Position numbers and translations under genes: made by a program. Below, one piece after another: positions 33,776-41,941 of a DNA stretch of 42,846 bases. The DNA is taken from positions 1 through 42,846 of the forward strand of contig DAIUEO010000007.1 of the NCBI GenBank assembly GCA_036845125.1, written 5' to 3'. The DNA comes from Candidatus Eiseniibacteriota bacterium. GTDB lineage: Bacteria; Eisenbacteria; RBG-16-71-46. The notes under the pieces were generated by a model. The model saw nothing but the letters and a program-made list of their open reading frames with translations. It made no database searches and was not told the DNA's origin. The first letter of the stretch is position 1, and every line of letters begins with the position of its first letter.

Positions 33776-34078
33776 ATGACCGGCCTCCGTGCAACGAGTT
33801 CCAGGGTGATCCGTGCGAACGTCCGTGCGGTGTGGCGCGCGTTGACCACGCCCGACCTGATCAAGAAATGGTTCTTCGGAGTGGAAACCGAAAGCGAATG
33901 GAAGGTGGGAAGCCCGATCGTCCATCGCGGCGAGTACGAGGGCAGACCCTACGTGGACAAGGGCGTCATCCTCCGCTTCGAGCCGCCCCGCCGCCTGTCC
34001 GAGGAGTCCTGGAACCTGGTGCTCCAGAACCTCAAGGAGTACCTCGAGAGCGCCGGACCTCCCCACGCGCCTCCGTGA
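33776..34078 (+). CDS. SRPBCC/AHSA1-like protein, unusually short (100 aa)
   Basis: …VIRANVRAVWRALTTPDLIKKWFFGVETESEWKVGSPIVHRGEYEGRPYVDKGVILRFEPPRRLS runs directly into …WNLVLQNLKEYLES, skipping the usual central segment. Confidence 0.65.
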   Translation: MTGLRATSSRVIRANVRAVWRALTTPDLIKKWFFGVETESEWKVGSPIVHRGEYEGRPYVDKGVILRFEPPRRLSEESWNLVLQNLKEYLESAGPPHAPP

Positions 34079-34120
34079 CGCTATGATGCCGGCCGCGGCG
34101 GCTCAGGAGGCGCCCATTGC

Positions 34121-35059
34121 ATGGAACTGCTCGAGGCCATCGGGAACACCTCGCTCGTGCGACTGCGGCGGATCGTACCGCCGGACGCCGCGGAGATCTT
34201 CGTCAAGCTCGAGTGGGAGAATCCGACCGGCAGCGTCAAGGACCGGATGGCGCACGCGGTGATCTCGGCTGCTGAAAACGACGGCCGGCTGAAGCCCGGC
34301 GGCACCGTGGTGGAGTACACCGGGGGCAGCACCGGCGCCTCGCTCGCCCTGGTCTGCGCGGCCCGCGGCTATCGGATCCGCATCGTCAGCTCCGATGCAT
34401 TCAGCCGCGAGAAGCTCGACCAGATGGCGGCGCTCGGCGCCGAGATCACGCTGGTCGCGAGTGAAGACGGCCGGACCACGAAGCAGCTCATCCTGAACAT
34501 GATCGAGAAGGCGCGCGAGCTGAGCCGCGAGCCCGGCGTCTACTGGACCGACCAGCTCAACAACCACGACAGCATCGCGGGCTACTTCCCGCTGGCCGAG
34601 GAGATCTGGCGCCAGACCGACGGCCGGGTGGACGCGTTCGTCCACTGCGTCGGAACCGCGGCGTCCTCGCGCGGCGTCGCCACCGTGCTCAAGCGCCATC
34701 GGCCCGGCGTGCGGATCGTCGCCGTCGAGCCGGGCGAATCCCCGGTGCTGAGCGGGAAACCGCCCGGGCCCCACAAGATCGAAGGCGTGGGCATCGGCTA
34801 TACGCCGCCGCTCTGGGAACCCTCGCTCGTGGACGAAGTAATCGCGGTGCCCACCGCCGAGGCGAAGGAAATGGCCCGCCAGCTGGCCCGCGAAGAGGCG
34901 CTGTTCGCGGGCACCTCGTCGGGGGCCAATGTCGTCGCGGCGATCGAGGTGGCGAAACGGCTCGGGCCCGGCCGCACGGTCGTCACGCTGATGGCCGACT
35001 CCGGACTCAAGTACCTCAATACCGACATCTATCGCCGCTCGACTGCCGGCGTCGGCTAG
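34121..35059 (+). CDS. Cysteine synthase family PLP enzyme (CysK/CysM-like), 312 aa
   Basis: …FVKLEWENPTGSVKDRMA… carries the PLP lysine. …VEYTGGSTGASLALVCAARGY… and …FAGTSSGANVVAA… are also present. Confidence 0.9.
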   Translation: MELLEAIGNTSLVRLRRIVPPDAAEIFVKLEWENPTGSVKDRMAHAVISAAENDGRLKPGGTVVEYTGGSTGASLALVCAARGYRIRIVSSDAFSREKLDQMAALGAEITLVASEDGRTTKQLILNMIEKARELSREPGVYWTDQLNNHDSIAGYFPLAEEIWRQTDGRVDAFVHCVGTAASSRGVATVLKRHRPGVRIVAVEPGESPVLSGKPPGPHKIEGVGIGYTPPLWEPSLVDEVIAVPTAEAKEMARQLAREEALFAGTSSGANVVAAIEVAKRLGPGRTVVTLMADSGLKYLNTDIYRRSTAGVG

Positions 35060-35367
35060 CCTTCGATCTTGTAGATCTCGCGACGGCCGTGATCCACGAG
35101 GTCGTGGTAGCCCTTCATGAGCGCTTCCATTTCCTTCATGGCGGTCTCGTTCTGCCCGCGCCCCTCGAACATGGCCTCGAGGTCCTGGAGGTCCTTCGCT
35201 TCCATCTCCGCGACGACGGTCCAGTAGCGCTCCGCACAGAAGTCCGTCATCACCTTCATGCGCGGCATGCCCATCGTTTCGCCGAGCTTGGACATGGCGA
35301 GGAACTTCTCGACGAGAGGCTTCACTTTGCCGGGCTTACAGAACATGATCTCGCGAACCAGAATCAT
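35056..35367 (-). CDS. Small hypothetical cytoplasmic protein, 103 aa
   Basis: ATG 35367 is preceded by AGGAG. The sequence MILVREIMFCKPGKVKPLVEKF…HGRREIYKIEG has good coding character. It is convergent with cysteine synthase and overlaps it by 4 nt. Confidence 0.6.
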   Translation of the reverse strand: MILVREIMFCKPGKVKPLVEKFLAMSKLGETMGMPRMKVMTDFCAERYWTVVAEMEAKDLQDLEAMFEGRGQNETAMKEMEALMKGYHDLVDHGRREIYKIEG

Positions 35368-35572
35368 GGCGCTCTCCTGTTTCGGGTAGGGGGTCAATGC
35401 GGACGACATCAACCGTAGCGCCGGCATCCTTTCACGGGCAAACAACGAGCCCCAGGGGCACCGCATCCGCATGGACGCGATGCCGAACACGTGACCTGGT
35501 CCCTCCTGGTGACCCAGGCCAGCGTTCAAACCCTGGGGCCGTACATCGAGCCCCATCCGTGGAGCTCTTATC

Positions 35573-35596
35573 AAAAGGGCGGGATCGAAAGCCGCC
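35573..35596 (-). terminator. Possible intrinsic terminator after the CsbD-like gene
   Basis: The minus-strand RNA reads GGCGG-CUUUCGAUC-CCGCC followed by CUUUUGAU. It starts 8 nt after the stop at 35604. The stem is short (5 bp). Confidence 0.3.
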
Positions 35597-35603
35597 TCGT
35601 GAT

Positions 35604-35813
35604 CTATTGCATGGTGCTCAGCGGAAGCAGCCAGTCGTCGACCGCGCGCTCCGCCTGTTCCGCGGCCATTGCGTAGCGCACCTGCAGGCGCCCGACGAGA
35701 CGCTCCCGGCGGCCGTCGATGATGTCCAGATCATCGTCGGTCAGCCTGCCCCAGCGCTCTTTCGCGGTGCCTCGAATCTCGTTCCAGTGTCCCTGGATCT
35801 GATCCCAGTTCAT
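35604..35813 (-). CDS. CsbD-family general stress protein, 69 aa
   Basis: MNWDQIQGHWNEIRGTAKERWGRLTDDDLDIIDGRRERLVGRLQVRY matches the CsbD pattern. Confidence 0.85.
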   Translation of the reverse strand: MNWDQIQGHWNEIRGTAKERWGRLTDDDLDIIDGRRERLVGRLQVRYAMAAEQAERAVDDWLLPLSTMQ

Positions 35814-35905
35814 GAAACTTCACCTCCTCGAATCTCACGCGGCCTCGTGTTGCATGAATGCCGGGGTCCGGCAGGCATTCACCGGGTCGGCGTGTTTTCC
35901 GACCG

Positions 35906-36055
35906 TCAGACCGGTCTGCGACCCTCGATCACCCGGATCAGGATCGACGCCAGTGCGAGCAGCAGCAGCACGTGAATGAAGCCGCCGAGCGTGTACGACG
36001 TGACCATGCCGAGCAGCCAGAGGAAGAGCAGGACGACTACGAGTGTCCACAGCAT
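35906..36055 (-). CDS. lmo0937-family small membrane protein, 49 aa
   Basis: MLWTLVVVLLFLWLLGMVTSYTLGGFIHVLLLLALASILIRVIEGRRPV. ATG 36055 is preceded by GGAGG. It is the only credible part of the 572-aa shadow ORF 35906..37624. Confidence 0.7.
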   Translation of the reverse strand: MLWTLVVVLLFLWLLGMVTSYTLGGFIHVLLLLALASILIRVIEGRRPV

Positions 36056-36240
36056 GATGGGTCCTCCTACCAGTTCGCGGACAACCGAATCCCCGATGCG
36101 ATCGTCCGTCGAGGCTGCAAGGGCAATGGTCGTGCCACGTGCGCGCGTCGGGTGAAACCCATGTGGTTCAAGCTGCAGCGCCGTTCGGCGTCGCGGGAGG
36201 GCGCGCGAACGTTGTAGGACGGGGCTCGGATTTGTAGCCA

Positions 36241-37941
36241 TTACATCCGGTTCACGATCGCGCGGAGGAGTTCGAGCAGGCCCGCGGCCAACCCGGTTCC
36301 AATCGCCGCGCCGACCAGGACGTCGCCGGGGTAGTGCACCCCGAGGTAGACGCGAGAGAATCCCACGATCGCTGCGAGCAGATAATACGCGGGCCATGTG
36401 CCGGGCAGGTTCGCGCTGAACAGCAGCGCGCCGGCGAAAGCGGCCGCCGTGTGGCCGGACGGGAAGGAGTAGTCCTCGGGCTGGGGGCCGGTCACCCGCG
36501 CGTGCACGTAGGCGCGGAACGGGCGCTTGCGCCGGAAGATCCGCTTGAGCGGATAGTTCACGATCAGCATCGTTCCCCACAGCACCGGAAGCGCCTCGGC
36601 GGCGGCGCGGATTCCGCCCGGAAAATCCTGGGTCATGTGGAGCGCGGCCACGATCGCCCAGCCCTCTCCGTAGTGCATCACCCGCGAGACAAGGAGCAGC
36701 CCGCGGTCCGCCCACGGGCCCAGCTGCATCTCGTTGATGCGCAGGAAGAGCGCGGCGTCGAGGGCGCCGAGAAACGTGGCCGGATGTCGCCACCAGCCCT
36801 GCAGGATCCAGGTCCGCGATCGCTGCGCGACCATCGTCTCCACGTTCTCGACCACCGCCTCGGGCGGAGGCCCGCCCTGCAGCGGGGCGGGCAGCAGGGG
36901 TTTCGGCGGCCCGGCCATCGCTGCTTCGGCTTCCACGAGTGCGACCTCGGGATCGGGCGGCGGCGGCACCGGACGAGGCACGCAGACGCGCAGCGCATGC
37001 GGCTTGAAGTCGAGCGTGACCGGGGTCCGGCCGAGCACCTCGCCATCCCCTTGAACCAGCATCGGTCCGTGGGTGCGAATGACCACACGCTCGCGGGCCT
37101 TGAGGAAATCCGATGCGGCATCGCGGCGATGCCGCCCGCTCAGGACACGCGGGACGAGCTTCAGGCTCTCGCGGAGTCCGCGCGCGCGGTAGATGCACAC
37201 GTCGAGGATGCCGTCCGAAGGATCGATCGCGGGACCCCAAGTGAAGGACGGTGCGCCCAGCGCCCCGACGTTCGCCACCACCACCTGCCAGGCGCGGAAA
37301 CGATGCTCCTCCCCGTCGATCGAGATTTCGAACCGGGCCGGACTCGCGCGCAGGAAGCGTTTCAGGAATTCGCGGGCATAGGCGAGCCGTCCGTGGCGGT
37401 TCCGCGCCTCGCGGGAGGTGTGGCGGATCATCTGGGCATCGACACCGATCCCGACCTGGGTCAGGACCGGCCGGTCGCCGGCGACCATCACGTCGAGCTC
37501 GAGCGTGTGATCGCCGCCGAGCGCCAGCGCGATCGCTGCCGGAAGGGAGAGCGGCAGCCCGAGATCGCGGGCGAGCACGTTGGCGGTCCCGGCGGGCACG
37601 ATGCCGAGCACGGCGCTCGGACAACGCGGGCGCGCCCGCAACAGTGCGCCCGCGACCTGCGCGACCGTGCCGTCACCGCCCACCGCCACGAAGCGGCGGC
37701 AGCCGGCGGCGAGGGCATCGTGGATCCCGGACTCGATGCGCCGGCCGGATCCGGGATCGGAGCGCGTCTCGAGCAGCCGGTGCCCGTGATCGAGCGCGCT
37801 CAGCGCCACATCGAGCGTACTCCGCTCGTCGGGCCCGAGACGCGATGCGCCGGGGTTCACGACGACGAGGATCGGTTCCGGGTGCGGTGACGGTGCGGGC
37901 TCTGACGAAGCGGGCGTCATGGAGGTGTGTTCCGCGGCCAT
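36241..37941 (-). CDS. Fusion of a diacylglycerol/lipid kinase catalytic domain with a PAP2 phosphatase domain
   Basis: The kinase part has ILVVVNPGASRLG, FVAVGGDGTVAQV and GIVPAGTANVLARDLGLP. The PAP2 motifs are KRIFRRKRPF, FPSGHTAAAF and SRVYLGVHYPGDV, in a multi-TM C-terminus. The start is ambiguous: TTG 37947, ATG 37941 or ATG 37920. Confidence 0.85.
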   Translation of the reverse strand: MAAEHTSMTPASSEPAPSPHPEPILVVVNPGASRLGPDERSTLDVALSALDHGHRLLETRSDPGSGRRIESGIHDALAAGCRRFVAVGGDGTVAQVAGALLRARPRCPSAVLGIVPAGTANVLARDLGLPLSLPAAIALALGGDHTLELDVMVAGDRPVLTQVGIGVDAQMIRHTSREARNRHGRLAYAREFLKRFLRASPARFEISIDGEEHRFRAWQVVVANVGALGAPSFTWGPAIDPSDGILDVCIYRARGLRESLKLVPRVLSGRHRRDAASDFLKARERVVIRTHGPMLVQGDGEVLGRTPVTLDFKPHALRVCVPRPVPPPPDPEVALVEAEAAMAGPPKPLLPAPLQGGPPPEAVVENVETMVAQRSRTWILQGWWRHPATFLGALDAALFLRINEMQLGPWADRGLLLVSRVMHYGEGWAIVAALHMTQDFPGGIRAAAEALPVLWGTMLIVNYPLKRIFRRKRPFRAYVHARVTGPQPEDYSFPSGHTAAAFAGALLFSANLPGTWPAYYLLAAIVGFSRVYLGVHYPGDVLVGAAIGTGLAAGLLELLRAIVNRM

Positions 37942-38032
37942 GTTCAAGGCCGCGGCCCGGGTTGAACGGGGCCGCGGCCGGGGGAATGTGCTGTGAGGTC
38001 CGGGCGCCGTGTGGAAGGCGCCCTCGCCTTTT

Positions 38033-38635
38033 TCAGAAACCGAATCCGAGACCCACGTTCATCGTCCAGAAGTCCGGATCGAAACTGCCGGTCGGGATGA
38101 GCGTGGTGTCCTGGTCCCTCAGCATCACGTAGCGGGCGCCGAGGTCGACCGTGGCCCCGGGTGTGAGCGGAATCCGGAAGCCTCCGCCCAGATGAACGCC
38201 GAATTCCTGCTCCGTCCTGTCGCTCGGGAGGGCGAGCACGTCCTGGTCGAAGTCGAAGGTGATGTTGTACATGCCCACACCTCCGCCCACATACAGGTAC
38301 TGCACCGGCGCCGCATACAGGGACGCCGTGAGCGGCCACATCCGGAGCCTCAGCTGGTCGCCGAAGCGTGATTCGGTCCGGTACGACCCCTGGACCTCGC
38401 CCAACAGAAAGGGGGTTCCCAGCGGTGCGCGCAGAGCGAGTCCCGCCGAGAGTTCGGTTTCGTCGGTGTCGCTGTCCACCGGCCGCGAGAAGCCCACGGA
38501 CGGAATGATCTCGGCACTGTGTGCCTCACGCGCCCCGACCCAGGCCAGCCCGATGACGACGAACGCCGCCATGATGAGGAAAACGAGCGCCGCGCTCGCG
38601 CTGAAATGACGAGTGTTCGAAGAATGAGTTGTCAT
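38033..38635 (-). CDS. Small outer-membrane beta-barrel protein, 200 aa
   Basis: ATG 38635 is preceded by GGAGG. It has a signal/TM segment ending AHSA and alternating beta-strand pattern. The C-terminus is …FWTMNVGLGFGF, ending in Phe. Confidence 0.8.
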   Translation of the reverse strand: MTTHSSNTRHFSASAALVFLIMAAFVVIGLAWVGAREAHSAEIIPSVGFSRPVDSDTDETELSAGLALRAPLGTPFLLGEVQGSYRTESRFGDQLRLRMWPLTASLYAAPVQYLYVGGGVGMYNITFDFDQDVLALPSDRTEQEFGVHLGGGFRIPLTPGATVDLGARYVMLRDQDTTLIPTGSFDPDFWTMNVGLGFGF

Positions 38636-38910
38636 GTTCCGCCTCCTACTCGGCCGTGTGGTTGCTGCTTCGTCCACGGACGTCCATGCGACGTGGACGA
38701 TCCACCATCCTTCAGCAATGCGCAGGCCAGCCCGGGCGGATCGGACGGAAGCCGATGCGGCGCGGGCTTCTCGGGGGCGGAATGAGGAGAACACGACGGC
38801 CCGGGGCGGAGGGAAACCCGTGGTCGAATGCAGAACCTACAACGGCTGCCGCCCCCTCCCGGTCACCGTTCCGTGCATGGAATCGGTGCAGGCGGCGGAG
38901 TTGCGGGCGC

Positions 38911-38925
38911 GGCCTTCAAGTTGCA
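38911..38925 (+). promoter_or_regulatory. Candidate sigma-54 promoter GGCCTTCAAGTTGCA (-24 GG / -12 TTGCA spacing)
   Basis: GGC-N7-TTGCA has the canonical spacing and lies about 100 nt upstream of ATG 39025. A second weaker match, GGCGGCGGAGTTGC, is at 38891-38904. A sigma-54-dependent activator is encoded 1.4 kb downstream. Confidence 0.25.
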
Positions 38926-39024
38926 GAGGGCCAGGGTGGTCGCCGCGACGCAGGCATCTCCCCGACTCCCAGGATGCAGGTGGCGCGGCGACCCACTGAC
39001 AACGAACGCACAAGGAGGCATCTC

Positions 39025-39504
39025 ATGAAACTCAAGGCTTCGAACTCGGCAACAATGGTCGCGACGTTCGCGCTCGCGGTCCTGGGCGTGACGGCCTCGC
39101 ACGCCCCCGTGCATGCCGAAACCACAAGACACATGGACGCAGACCTTCGTGCCGGCGTGTATACGGATGCGGAGGGACTCGCGATCGGTGGAGGGCTGTT
39201 GACCCCTCTGGGCTTGCAGTCCGGCTGGTTCTTCAATCCCAACATCGAGGTCGTGATGCCGGACGGCGATAACGTCCTCGCCCTGAACGGGGACTTCCAC
39301 TACGACTTCCCGACGTCGGGGAGTCTCTCGCCCTATGTCGGCGGAGGCCCTGCGCTGCTTCACCGGAGCGGGGACACCAACCTCGGGTTGAATGTGCTCG
39401 CCGGCCTGGCCGGCCTGCAGGGAGAGGTTCGCCCGTTCGTTCAGCTCAAGGGTGTCTTCTCGGACAACAGCGACGTCGCCCTGATGGGAGGCGTGCGCTT
39501 CTAA
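39025..39504 (+). CDS. Small outer-membrane beta-barrel protein, 159 aa
   Basis: ATG 39025 is preceded by AAGGAGG. Signal peptide MKLKASNSATMVATFALAVLGVTASHAPVHA. The C-terminus is …DVALMGGVRF. Confidence 0.8.
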   Translation: MKLKASNSATMVATFALAVLGVTASHAPVHAETTRHMDADLRAGVYTDAEGLAIGGGLLTPLGLQSGWFFNPNIEVVMPDGDNVLALNGDFHYDFPTSGSLSPYVGGGPALLHRSGDTNLGLNVLAGLAGLQGEVRPFVQLKGVFSDNSDVALMGGVRF

Positions 39505-39624
39505 GCAGAGCATGGTGATGCAAGACCTGGGCGGTGAGTCTATCGCAGGCAGCGGCTACCCTATCCGTGCCGATAACCGGTAGATTTCACCGCCCTTATT
39601 TCTTCATGGGGACCGGAGGTCTCA

Positions 39625-40350
39625 ATGGACGTGTCGGCCGCGGGTGGCCACGACCGCTCCGCGGAGCTGGCTCGCGCGCTGCGCGAAATGGAGACGTTCA
39701 ACAAGTCCGTTTCGCACGACCTGCGATCGCCGATCGGCGCCATCCTCAATTTCTGCGCGGTCCTCGAGGAGGACTACGGGTCGCGGCTGGATCCCGAGGG
39801 CCGCCGGTTGCTCGATCGCATCCGCGGCGCGGCCGGACGCGCCAACCATCTGCTCGATTCCCTGGCCGAGTATTCCGCGACCGACGCCGGACCCCGGAAC
39901 GTGCGGCAGCTCGACATGAACGACCTCGCCGACCGGGCCTTCGCCGAAGCCCTTGGCCGCGATCCCTCGCCCGGCGTGCAGTTCATCCGCGAGAACCTGC
40001 CGGCCGCCATGGGAGACCCCGACCTCGTGGAACGAGCCCTGATCAGCCTGTTCGGCAGCGCTCTCCGCTTTTCCCGGAACGACACACCTCGCCTGATCCG
40101 GGTCGGGGCCTCGCCGGGCGATGGCGAGATCGTCTACCGGGTGGCCGGGAGCGGCGCCGCCGATTCCGAGCCCCGCACGGAACTGTCCGAGGCCTTCCGG
40201 CGGGTGCATGGTCATGACGTCGAGGGCGCGGGGCTCGGCCTGGCGATCGCCTCCAAGATCGTAGGCCGCCTCGGCGGCCGGGTCTGGGGGGAGAGCGACG
40301 GCGCCCGGGCCACCCTCTATTTCACCCTTCCTTCTCCGAGCATCCCGTAA
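39625..40350 (+). CDS. Soluble histidine kinase (HisKA plus HATPase_c only), 241 aa
   Basis: ATG 39625 lies 5 nt after GGAGG. H box FNKSVSHDLRSPIGAI. G2 box GAGLGLAIASKIV. Confidence 0.85.
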   Translation: MDVSAAGGHDRSAELARALREMETFNKSVSHDLRSPIGAILNFCAVLEEDYGSRLDPEGRRLLDRIRGAAGRANHLLDSLAEYSATDAGPRNVRQLDMNDLADRAFAEALGRDPSPGVQFIRENLPAAMGDPDLVERALISLFGSALRFSRNDTPRLIRVGASPGDGEIVYRVAGSGAADSEPRTELSEAFRRVHGHDVEGAGLGLAIASKIVGRLGGRVWGESDGARATLYFTLPSPSIP

Positions 40351-40453
40351 CGGGCCGGGTTATGCTTCTGGGCGGCATTGCCCCAGACCAACCGCTTTCG
40401 GACCGTGGGGGCACGCTCGGGAGGAGACCCCCCATGCAGTTCGGAAGGACGAC

Positions 40454-41875
40454 ATGACCCCCCGTGAAGGGCCGAGGACAGCGGCCGACACGCAACCCCG
40501 GCGGGTCGCACTGCTCGTCGACGACGACGCCGATTTCCGGGAATCGCTGGCGATCCTCGTGAGCCGCGAGAACTTCGAAGTGCGCCAGGCGTCGAGCCTG
40601 GCCGAGGCACGCGGGCACCTTAAAGATTCGGTCGACGTGGTGTTCGTCGACCTCGGTCTGCCGGACGGGCGCGGTCTCGACCTGCTCGAGGGCGAGCCGG
40701 CCGGCGACTCGCGGCCCGAGATGGTGGTGATCACGGGGAACGTCACCGCGGAGTCGGCGGTGGCGGCACTCCGCCAGGGCGTGCTCGACTACCTCAGCAA
40801 GCCGGTCGACCGGAACCGCCTCCGCGCGACGCTCGTGCACGTCGAGCGCACCCGCAACCTGCGGAGCGAGGTCGGCGAACTGCGCGAGGAGCTGCGCGAG
40901 CTCGGGCACTTCGGCCTGCTGGTCGGCCGCTCGGCGGGCATGACGCGTCTCTTCGACCTGATCGAGCGCGTGGCGCCCACGCGGGTCGCCGTGCTGGTGC
41001 TCGGCGAGAGCGGCGTCGGCAAGGAGCTCGTGGCCGAGACGGTGCACCGGATGAGCGCGCGCGCGCGGGAGCGCTTCCTCGCCGTCAACTGCGGAGCGGT
41101 GGCGCCCAACGTGATCGAGAGCGAGTTGTTCGGCCACGAGAAGGGCAGCTTCACAGGCGCCGACAAGGTGCGGCGCGGGTACTTCGAGGAGGCGAGCGGC
41201 GGCACGCTGTTCCTCGACGAGATCACCGAGATGTCGCCGGAGCTCCAGGTGAAGCTGCTGCGGGTGCTCGAGACCGGGAACGTGATGCGCGTCGGCGGCT
41301 CGGAAGCGATCCCGGTCGACGTGCGGCTGATCGCGGCGTCGAACCGCGACCCGGAACAGGCCGTGCGCGAAGGAAAGCTGCGTGAGGACCTCTACTATCG
41401 CCTCAACGTGTTCCCGATCGTGATCCCGCCGCTCCGCGACCGGCCGGACGACATGGAGCCGCTCGCGACTCATTTCCTCGCGATGTTCAACGAGCGCGAA
41501 GGCACCGAGAAGCGCTGGTCGCCGGAGGCGCTGCGGAAGCTCCGGAACTATTCGTGGCCGGGCAACGTCCGCGAGCTGAGGAACGTGGTCGATCGCGCCG
41601 CCATCCTTTCGGAGAGCGTGATCTACGACCCGCCACTTCCCCAGGGCGCCCCTCTGACCACCTCCGATCCGGAGACCGGGCCCAACCTCACCATTTCGCT
41701 CTCCGAGAGTCTCGAAGAGATCGAGCGGCGCGTGATCCTCGCGACGCTTCGCCTCACCGAGGGCGACAAGAAGGAGACCGCGCGCCGGCTCGGCATCAGC
41801 CTCAAGACGCTCTATAACCGGCTCAACGTCTACGAAGCAGCGGGTCGGATGGAGCCCGTGAAACCCGGCGCCTAA
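40454..41875 (+). CDS. Sigma-54-dependent response regulator (NtrC family), 473 aa
   Basis: Receiver VALLVDDDADF…VVFVDLGLPDG. AAA+ core with GESGVGKELVA, ESELFGHEKGSFTGA and LFLDEI. C-terminal Fis-type HTH ETARRLGISLKTLYNRL. Confidence 0.92.
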   Translation: MTPREGPRTAADTQPRRVALLVDDDADFRESLAILVSRENFEVRQASSLAEARGHLKDSVDVVFVDLGLPDGRGLDLLEGEPAGDSRPEMVVITGNVTAESAVAALRQGVLDYLSKPVDRNRLRATLVHVERTRNLRSEVGELREELRELGHFGLLVGRSAGMTRLFDLIERVAPTRVAVLVLGESGVGKELVAETVHRMSARARERFLAVNCGAVAPNVIESELFGHEKGSFTGADKVRRGYFEEASGGTLFLDEITEMSPELQVKLLRVLETGNVMRVGGSEAIPVDVRLIAASNRDPEQAVREGKLREDLYYRLNVFPIVIPPLRDRPDDMEPLATHFLAMFNEREGTEKRWSPEALRKLRNYSWPGNVRELRNVVDRAAILSESVIYDPPLPQGAPLTTSDPETGPNLTISLSESLEEIERRVILATLRLTEGDKKETARRLGISLKTLYNRLNVYEAAGRMEPVKPGA

Positions 41876-41941
41876 CGGCGACTTCGCAGCGGCGCGCCTA
41901 TCGCCGCTCGCCGCGCCTGTGGCAAGCTGAGAGCTTCTCTC

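Noticed and set aside
35906-37624. 572-aa minus-strand ORF
   Set aside because: It is out of frame with the DAGK-PAP2 gene and its translation is Arg/Pro/Ala-rich. Only its last 49 codons (35906..36055), which have their own SD and ATG, look like a real gene.
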